Below the pieces are notes generated by a model, which searched no databases, had not been told where the DNA came from, and was given only the letters and a program-made list of their open reading frames with translations. From Promethearchaeota archaeon (GTDB taxonomy: Archaea; Asgardarchaeota; Thorarchaeia; Thorarchaeales; Thorarchaeaceae), in NCBI GenBank assembly GCA_027031765.1, contig JALVPN010000044.1, positions 1 to 6,307 on the forward strand: a DNA stretch of 6,307 bases, given 5' to 3'. The number at the start of each line of letters is the position of its first letter. Positions within the stretch are counted from its first letter, which is position 1. Made by a program: the position numbers and the translations under genes. Positions 1-5,583 of the stretch are shown here, piece after piece.

Positions 1-530
1 GGCCCCTCGGTCTTCACTGTGACGCCGAAGGTGCTCTCGTACTCCTCCCAGGTCGTCACTTCTCGCTGGAACACGGCCACTGCCATGTCGCAGTCCATCT
101 TGAATGTGGTGCCGTTGACTGCCGGGTTCACTACGATTGCCAGTGCGTCCGCAGCGACTGGTAGTGGCTGGACGTAGGGGTGGTCTTCAAAGTACTCTGC
201 AGGGGGGTACGAGCTCGTTGCCCCGATGTCAATGAGGCCAGCTGCAATCTGTGACTGTCCAAGTCCGGAGCCACCGGTCGTCGGGTTCAGTGCGAAGGCA
301 GGGTAGTCCTCGGAGAAGTGGACCGACCACTCCTGGGACAGCGGGAACACGGTGGACGAACCGGCGGTGCCTATCGTATACAGCACCTGCCTACCTCCAC
401 CAAAGGCCGCCACACCGAGTGCACCGACCATGATACCTATGATGAGAGCGACGCAGGACCTGGAGTTCCATCCTTGCAACTTGGCGTTCACCACTGGGCT
501 GAGACGGGGACTGTCACCATTAAAGGGCAT
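1..530 (-). CDS. pstS: Phosphate ABC transporter substrate-binding protein PstS, 5' part (runs off the left edge)
   Basis: Hand translation of the minus strand shows no stop from 530 to the edge: ...CVALIIGIMVGALGVAAFGGG (TM anchor)...TAGSSTVFPLSQEW...TGGSGLGQSQIAAGLIDIGATSS...PVAADALAIVVNP...TTWEE. GSSTV, GGSGxG, DIGxxS and DALAIVVNP are PstS hallmarks. The start is uncertain: ATG 530 or GTG 494/491. Confidence 0.88.
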   Translation of the reverse strand, partial: MPFNGDSPRLSPVVNAKLQGWNSRSCVALIIGIMVGALGVAAFGGGRQVLYTIGTAGSSTVFPLSQEWSVHFSEDYPAFALNPTTGGSGLGQSQIAAGLIDIGATSSYPPAEYFEDHPYVQPLPVAADALAIVVNPAVNGTTFKMDCDMAVAVFQREVTTWEEYESTFGVTVKTEG

Positions 531-538
531 TCCATATA

Positions 539-571
539 CTTCATATGATGGTAAATGCTGCATGTACAGGC
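539..571 (-). promoter_or_regulatory. Candidate operator/promoter motif upstream of pstS (copy A)
   Basis: Minus strand reads GCCTGTACATGCAGCATTTACCATCATATGAAG. It aligns at 27/35 columns with 691-724 and contains an 11/12 match to the palindrome CTTCATATGAAG (539-550). Confidence 0.5.
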
Positions 572-690
572 GGTGGACGTTCGGGTGCCGGTACTGTTGT
601 GGCACTGGTGTCCGGGGCCAGTGACCGTGGTGCTGCTCTGGATGCCACAGTGGCCACCGGGCGCGTTGTGGCGCGATGGCACTGGTACTG

Positions 691-724
691 GCCCGTACAA
701 TGCATGCAGATGCTTCATATGAAG
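691..724 (+). promoter_or_regulatory. Candidate operator/promoter motif upstream of phoU (copy B)
   Basis: GCCCGTACAATGCATGCAGATGCTTCATATGAAG ends in the perfect 12-bp palindrome CTTCATATGAAG (713-724), 18 nt before ATG 743. Confidence 0.5.
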
Positions 725-742
725 TTTCCCGAGGGGAAGAGG

Positions 743-1762
743 ATGGACAGTGGCGAGGAGTCGGTGGTGACCCGGAAGCTCAACCGGGTGCGGAACTCTT
801 TCTACATATACTTGCCTAGGCAGTGGTGTCAGGCGTATGGTCTGACAAAGGACTCTCAGGTGCAAATACGTATCACGTCCGAGGGCGACCTTGTTGTGAT
901 GCCACCGTCTGGCGGACGCGTGCGGCCCTCGGCCCTCGACCTGTCGATAGGAGTGAGTGCGAAGAAGGGCCTTGAGAGCCTCCTTATTGGCGCCTACATA
1001 ATTGGGGCCGACCGGCTGGAGCTACGGTTTGACGATGTGCTGGACATGAGCACACGGGAGCGTATCAGCAAGTGGATACGGCGGCTCCCGGGCTACGAGA
1101 TACTTGAAGAGACGAGCACGAGCGTCACGATCAGTGACACGTCAGAGAAGCAGGTGATAATGCCGATACTGCGGCGGCAGTTTGCGACGACCAAGTACAT
1201 GCTGCAGAGCCTTGCAATGGGCCTCCAGTCGGGCGCGGTGCCAGAGAAGTCGAAGATACTGGACAGGGACGAGGATGTTGACCGTCACAGGTACTTTGTG
1301 GAACGGCTGTGCCACCTTGCACTCCGCAACCCGACGTACGCTAGGCGCATTGCCATCTCACCGTCTGACGCCCTCCACTTCAGTCTCGCGGCGAAGTACG
1401 TGGAGCGGATTGCAGACCACATCTGCGGTGCGATCCGGGAGCTCGCAAAGACTGGTGGCATTGACGGTCGTGTTGCTGGCCTGGGTCATGCAATCCTGGA
1501 AGTGTGCGAGGCGACATCACAGACCTTCTTCGGTACTCACAAGGATGGCAGGTCACCGGCCGGCGACCAGTCTGAGGACGCCCTTGCTGCCCACAATGCT
1601 GCGGTACGGCTCGTCAGGCGTCTTGCTAGACTTGGCACCTACCACAAGAAGGCGTCCCGTGAGGACGTAGTACTGCTGCTGCACCTTGAACGGATTGCAT
1701 CGTACTGTGCTGACATTGGCGAGGTGGCAATCAACCGCATTATCCAGGCCCAGCTCGCCTGA
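743..1762 (+). CDS. phoU: Archaeal phosphate uptake regulator (N-terminal AbrB/MazE-type DNA-binding domain + PhoU repeats), 339 aa
   Basis: RKLNRVRNSFYIYLPRQW...GLTKDSQVQI...EGDLVVMP is the AbrB-like domain. PhoU motifs are DEDVDR, KYVERIADH and LERIASY. Start set at ATG 743 after the purine-rich GAGGGGAAGAGG (ATG 719 is an alternative); the ORF-track extension from 545 looks non-coding. The gene is divergent from pstS. Confidence 0.88.
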   Translation: MDSGEESVVTRKLNRVRNSFYIYLPRQWCQAYGLTKDSQVQIRITSEGDLVVMPPSGGRVRPSALDLSIGVSAKKGLESLLIGAYIIGADRLELRFDDVLDMSTRERISKWIRRLPGYEILEETSTSVTISDTSEKQVIMPILRRQFATTKYMLQSLAMGLQSGAVPEKSKILDRDEDVDRHRYFVERLCHLALRNPTYARRIAISPSDALHFSLAAKYVERIADHICGAIRELAKTGGIDGRVAGLGHAILEVCEATSQTFFGTHKDGRSPAGDQSEDALAAHNAAVRLVRRLARLGTYHKKASREDVVLLLHLERIASYCADIGEVAINRIIQAQLA

Positions 1763-1938
1763 ACCGCTAGGGCCCTGACGGATACTGTCGACTACTTGTG
1801 TGACTGCACGCTCCACCCTTCGCAGGTATGGCTCCAAGACTGATGGACTATCAGGTGAGAAATGAATGGGCGGTGGAGGACTACTGTGTTGCAAAAGAAG
1901 ACTGGGAAGTTGAATCCCCCCCAGACCCGTTCCTAGTT

Positions 1939-1951
1939 CTTGACTTGTTCT
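1939..1951 (+). repeat. 13-bp direct repeat, left copy (CTTGACTTGTTCT)
   Basis: Identical to 2696-2708 and 18/21 when extended. It overlaps the MNT stop codon. Confidence 0.7.
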
Positions 1952-2256
1952 AGGCTATTCCCGTCCAGTATTTCTGTGCGTCTCTTATCACGGTGCTTGT
2001 TCTCAGCCGTTCTCTGAGTTCTTCTGGTGTCAGGGGTATCACTTCTATGAAGGGACGTGTCTTCAGCATCCACTCAGACCGATATATCAAGTCCAACCTG
2101 TCCAGGTGTTTCATTCCGTCAAAGTCCTGTGAAACAATGATGAGGTCTATGTCGCTTGTCCTTATCCATGTGCCCTTGGCGTAGCTACCGAATAGGTACA
2201 CTTCCTGTATCTCTTGTCTTGGCCAGCTCTTCTAGCAGCTCAGCCACTGTCCTCAT
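1950..2256 (-). pseudogene. Minimal nucleotidyltransferase (MNT) antitoxin, frameshifted at about 2211-2220
   Basis: ATG 2256 gives MRTVAELLEELAKT and that frame stops at TAG 2187-2185. The catalytic part EIQEVYLFGSYAKGTWIRTSDIDLIIVS (exact GS-X10-DXD) lies in another frame, closed upstream by TAG 2234-2232, whose only standard start is GTG 2201. Confidence 0.75.
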
Positions 2257-2656
2257 CGCTTTCCCCAATGCGGGCTTCGATGTGGTCGACAATTCTCTTG
2301 GCTGTTTCAAAGCATCGTTCACCCTCGATTTGATCTATGGACTCGTGAGGTAGGCCGTTGGCTGCATCAGGGTATCTTGTGACAGTGTAGTACTTGTTGA
2401 ACATGTAGATCTGTTTTTCAAGTCCTTCGGGGAGTACGAACCCTTCCTCCTTCAGAAGCCAGTAGAGTTCTGTTACGGTGTGAATCTTGGGCGGGTCCTC
2501 TCGTCTTACTATGAAAAAGAGCGCTCTGAGCGCTTTCTCAACAGCCTGGTGAGAGAAGAAGGCTGTCCTGAACCACCTATCCCTCTCCAAGGCGTCCCCG
2601 GCGTCTTTGAGGTCCTCCCTTGCCGTAGCCATCCACAGATACACTTCCCTTCTCAA
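2240..2656 (-). CDS. HEPN domain protein (HEPN-T/COG2250-like), partner of the MNT, 138 aa
   Basis: W...AREDL..A...AFFSHQAVEKALRA...PPKIHTVTEL...YTVTRYPD matches the archaeal HEPN-T pattern. TTG start; overlaps the MNT ATG by 17 nt. Confidence 0.88.
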   Translation of the reverse strand: MRREVYLWMATAREDLKDAGDALERDRWFRTAFFSHQAVEKALRALFFIVRREDPPKIHTVTELYWLLKEEGFVLPEGLEKQIYMFNKYYTVTRYPDAANGLPHESIDQIEGERCFETAKRIVDHIEARIGESDEDSG

Positions 2657-2695
2657 ACCAGAACACCCTATTCTAGCCTGTCAGTGCCTATACTA

Positions 2696-2708
2696 CTTGA
2701 CTTGTTCT
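2696..2708 (+). repeat. 13-bp direct repeat, right copy (CTTGACTTGTTCT)
   Basis: Identical to 1939-1951. It lies in the gap between the kinase stop and the HEPN start. Confidence 0.7.
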
Positions 2709-2772
2709 TGGTCTCTTTTAGCTTGTACCTGTCCTTGTCTGGCATGGCTCTGTGTTTCTCTTCTTGCGAGGA

Positions 2773-4392
2773 CTATGAGGTTCCACTCCGGACTGTCAGG
2801 GCCATGCCTGCGAGTTCGCCGACGAGCGCAGTAGAAGATATCGTGTCGCCGAGGCCGACTGTCTGGCCCGGCTGTGCGACCATGATGGTGGGTACGGCAA
2901 CTATGGTGTAGTCCCCGATATGTGCAGTGCCGTCCATCAGGAAGTCGTCCGCTGCGTCAACGGCCCCACGCTGTTCGAGGGCTGTCGCCAGGTCTTGGAA
3001 CTGGGGTGTGGGCAGGCCCCCGGACACCTCCGGTGTGAGCAGGGTGGCCAGCAGCGAAGGGTCGCGGCTGACATCACCGGTATGGGCACGGCTGGCAGCC
3101 TGAAACGCGGCGAAACATAGGGCCTGACGTATGGTCTCTGGCGGTGTCTGGTACCGCTCACGCGCCACGAAGACGATGAAACAGCCCGGTTCATGGAAGT
3201 GGTACCTTGCGATGCCCATCCTCTGACATATCTTCAGCCCTGCCGTGACGACCACGCCCTGGTCAATCGTCCCACCCCTGCCGAGCTCCGAGGCGGCGGT
3301 CTCCTCGTGGAGGGCAGTGAGTATCTGTTTCATCTCCTCCTCGTTGGAGCCGAAGCTGTCCCAGTACGTGTTCTCTCCCGTCGCTCCGGTGGCTGCGGTG
3401 CTGTCGTCCGGGGACGGTCTACCGGGTGCGTCACCTGTCCCGGCACCGGTCGTCCCGTGGCCGGGCGCGGAGAGCCCTAGGAGAGCTGACATGATTTCGG
3501 GCCGGGTGCTGGAGTGTTCGAGGTGTATGATGGGCCGTGGGTGTGCGGAGCGTGCACGTGCCACGAGCCTAAGTGCAGCGGATATCCTCTCGCGGAGTCC
3601 CTGTTCTCCCAGCTTGTCCGTGTCAATGAGGTGGAAGCCGGCGAAGACCATTGCGCCCGCCATCCCTGCAAGCTCTTCGATATGGTCGTTGAAGGCGGGC
3701 ATGATGGAGAGCTGGCCGTTGGGTGGGTCATAGGTGGCAATGAACCTGTTGCTCCTGGGACAGCACCACTCCTCGCCATCGACTGTGATACAGTCGCCCT
3801 TGCTGAATTCTGCAATCATGTGTTGGAAACACTCTTCCGAGGGGTTCACAGCTCCATGGGGGTGTACGAGGCGCAGGGCACCGGTGGTGCTGTCGACTAT
3901 GGGGAGCTTTATCGCCGGCTCATCGTAGAACAGTCCCATCTGTTCGTGTGACCGCGAGTAGCAGTGCACAATGACCTGTGGCACCCCCAGCCGTGCGAGT
4001 GTGTTCGCCATGATGCCAGCCTGCCCACCCATGGCCAGTTCTTGGTCTGGGGGGAGGAGGCGCCGGATCTCGCGGTAGACCTCGGGCCGTGCAATCAACC
4101 ACTCGGCAGCCTTGCCGTCACGGAAACACCCAGACAGGCCCACCAAGAAGTCCGCGGGCGTATCGATGCGTCCCTTCCACTCCTCAACACCACGCCTGAG
4201 CCTGCTCCCGTCGAGCCGCAGGTGCTCCATCAGGGCGCGTATTGCATCCGGGTCGTAGTGTACGATGACGTCCACGTTGGTGTTGAAGCCTACAACGAGT
4301 CCACTGATATGGTCTATGCCTCTCAAGACAGTGTCCGCTGCCTCTTTGTAGCGGTGCTTCCATGTTTCTGCGCTTTCATTCCTCCCGTCCAT
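2773..4392 (-). CDS. glkA: ADP-dependent glucokinase/phosphofructokinase family protein with glucokinase-type signatures, 539 aa
   Basis: Motifs are GFNTNVD, GKAAEW, MGGQAGIMAN, HMIAEF, PRSNRFI, AGFH, HLE and the catalytic TVGLGDTISS. ATG 4392 has GGAGG upstream; GTG 4413 is an alternative. The family call is secure; substrate and symbol are inferred. Confidence 0.9.
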   Translation of the reverse strand: MDGRNESAETWKHRYKEAADTVLRGIDHISGLVVGFNTNVDVIVHYDPDAIRALMEHLRLDGSRLRRGVEEWKGRIDTPADFLVGLSGCFRDGKAAEWLIARPEVYREIRRLLPPDQELAMGGQAGIMANTLARLGVPQVIVHCYSRSHEQMGLFYDEPAIKLPIVDSTTGALRLVHPHGAVNPSEECFQHMIAEFSKGDCITVDGEEWCCPRSNRFIATYDPPNGQLSIMPAFNDHIEELAGMAGAMVFAGFHLIDTDKLGEQGLRERISAALRLVARARSAHPRPIIHLEHSSTRPEIMSALLGLSAPGHGTTGAGTGDAPGRPSPDDSTAATGATGENTYWDSFGSNEEEMKQILTALHEETAASELGRGGTIDQGVVVTAGLKICQRMGIARYHFHEPGCFIVFVARERYQTPPETIRQALCFAAFQAASRAHTGDVSRDPSLLATLLTPEVSGGLPTPQFQDLATALEQRGAVDAADDFLMDGTAHIGDYTIVAVPTIMVAQPGQTVGLGDTISSTALVGELAGMALTVRSGTS

Positions 4393-4536
4393 ATCGACTG
4401 TCTCCTCCCCCACTTAGTACGGGACGTCTGAGAAAAGTCTTCCCGTAATGGTGCGTGTGCACCGTTGTGCCGGGCCCGGACTGACACCGCAACGCAGCTG
4501 GCTGTCGGGCCTTGGGGGCTGGTCACCGGCCCTACG

Positions 4537-5421
4537 TCACTTCTGGAGGCGTCGTTCTAGTAAGACGTAGCGTCTGTCGAGGTACTCCTCGGGGACGTAG
4601 CCTAGGTGCTGGGCCCACTCTGTGGCACGTGGGCCCATGAAGAAGACTGCGTACTCAGCCCCCTCCGACTCGGCGCTGTGGAGCAGGCGGGCCATGAGGT
4701 CGACAAAGGTCGACCGGTCAGTAGCGTAGACACCGTATACGAGTGTGAGCGCTCCACGTCTGTCCCGTGGCGTCGTGTAGTACAGGGCGACGGGCTCACC
4801 GGACTCCGCAAAGACAACGTGCAGGGTCGAACGCATGGCTATTGTGCGCAGGCCGTTCTCGTCCAGGGGCTCGAACTCCCATAGGAACGGTACGACATCA
4901 GTGGGCACGAGCTCGGGGTGATCCCTGACCAGTTGCAGCACCCGTTCGACGTCGACTTCGAGTGGATGGATATTGGGACTTGGACTGGGCCGCGCCGGGA
5001 AGGGCCTCTGGAACCGGGCATAGCCCACTGACACGTGGGGACTGAAGCCGGTCTTCGTGGCAACTCTCAGCGACTGGAGGTTCTTGGAGGACGTGCCGTA
5101 TCTCAACAGCGAGACCCTGACGCCGGCTGCCACATCTACGAGGTGCCTGACAATGGCCGTGCCCACCCCACGGTTCTGGTAGGCCGGGTGTACTCTCAGT
5201 GCGCGGATCCAGCCGCAGTCGTTGGCGCGGTCGACTAGGAGCATGCCCATGCCGATGAGCTCCTCTCCGGTGAACGCACCGAAAGGGAAGTGTACTTGCG
5301 AGTCTGTCCAGGTGGCGAACTCGTCGGGCACGTAGTCGTTTTGCCACAGGGTGGTGCACAGGCTGGTCACTGCTGGCAGGTCCTCAGCGTGCAGGCGTCT
5401 GATGCTGGTCTCTCCAGTCAT
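4537..5421 (-). CDS. GNAT-family N-acetyltransferase with C-terminal extension (NAT16/HISAT-like), 294 aa
   Basis: SIRRLHAEDLPAV...NDYVPDEFATW...GWIRALRVHPAYQNRGVGTAIV (acetyl-CoA motif A)...NLQSLRVATKTGF. Start set at ATG 5421; the ORF-track extension to GTG 5580 is translated tandem repeat. Confidence 0.85.
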   Translation of the reverse strand: MTGETSIRRLHAEDLPAVTSLCTTLWQNDYVPDEFATWTDSQVHFPFGAFTGEELIGMGMLLVDRANDCGWIRALRVHPAYQNRGVGTAIVRHLVDVAAGVRVSLLRYGTSSKNLQSLRVATKTGFSPHVSVGYARFQRPFPARPSPSPNIHPLEVDVERVLQLVRDHPELVPTDVVPFLWEFEPLDENGLRTIAMRSTLHVVFAESGEPVALYYTTPRDRRGALTLVYGVYATDRSTFVDLMARLLHSAESEGAEYAVFFMGPRATEWAQHLGYVPEEYLDRRYVLLERRLQK

Positions 5422-5423
5422 GG

Positions 5424-5582
5424 TCAGACAGAGTTGCAGGGCTTCTTTTGAATCGTGCGGGAGCTGCACTCCAGCGGTGCGGGAGCTGCACTCCAGCGGT
5501 GCGGGAGCTGCACTCCAGCGGTGCGGGAGCTGCACTCCAGCGGTGCGGGAGCTGCACTCCAGCGGTGCGGGAGCGGGCACAT
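5424..5582 (-). other. Short 52-codon ORF through the tandem repeat, bridging the MTase stop and the GNAT start
   Basis: TAG(5586-5584)-G-ATG(5582)...TGA(5426-5424)-CC-ATG(5421). The peptide is MCPLPHRWSAAPAPLECSSRTAGVQLPHRWSAAPAPLECSSRTIQKKPCNSV. Translation is not demonstrated. Confidence 0.25.
5455..5574 (+). repeat. Perfect 22-bp tandem repeat (GTGCGGGAGCTGCACTCCAGCG) x5 plus a 10-nt partial copy
   Basis: Units start at 5455, 5477, 5499, 5521 and 5543; the partial runs 5565-5574. There are no mismatches and no spacers. Confidence 0.98.
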
Positions 5583-5583
5583 C

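Larger units (their letters stand above)
1939..2708. mobile_element. Putative acquired HEPN-MNT cassette bounded by direct repeats (no recombinase in the window)
   Basis: Direct repeats at both ends. Hand counts on sampled 60-nt lines give about 45-50% GC inside versus about 55-72% in the flanking genes. Confidence 0.35.

Noticed and set aside
597-686. GC-rich dyads and short repeats in the pstS-phoU gap (CACTGG/CCAGTG 603-623, GCCAC-A-GTGGC 644-654, TGGCACTGGT at 600 and 677)
   Set aside because: Short matches in very GC-rich sequence; they cannot be separated from chance without comparative data.
545-742. ORF-track N-terminal extension of PhoU
   Set aside because: It spans the divergent promoter region with non-protein-like composition; the AbrB domain begins just after ATG 743.
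805-813. CATATACTT repeated at 533-541 and inside phoU
   Set aside because: A 9-mer inside coding sequence (YIYL); expected by chance.
1840-1923. Small hairpins (CTGAT-N5-ATCAG; GGGA-N7-TCCC) as a ribozyme, sRNA or terminator
   Set aside because: Stems are 5 bp or less, there is no complete hammerhead core, C/D box pair or tRNA cloverleaf, and no T-tract follows.
2480-4431. Plus-strand ORFs antisense to the HEPN and kinase genes (2480-2911, 3245-3733, 3514-3951, 3964-4431 and others)
   Set aside because: Shadow ORFs of GC-rich genes with no recognisable motifs. The same applies to 488-865, 1182-1670, 1553-1894, 4898-5359 and 5455-5970.
5464-5475. Unit contains GCTGGAGTGCAG (minus strand), also found in human Alu
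   Set aside because: The match is only 12 nt, the flanks are not Alu-like, and the context is intact archaeal genes; coincidence.
5455-5574. CRISPR array
   Set aside because: The repeats are head-to-tail with no spacers, and no cas genes are present in the window.
5422-5580. ORF-track N-terminal extension of the GNAT from GTG 5580
   Set aside because: It is mostly translated repeat, open only because the unit has no stops; GNAT similarity starts at ATG 5421.
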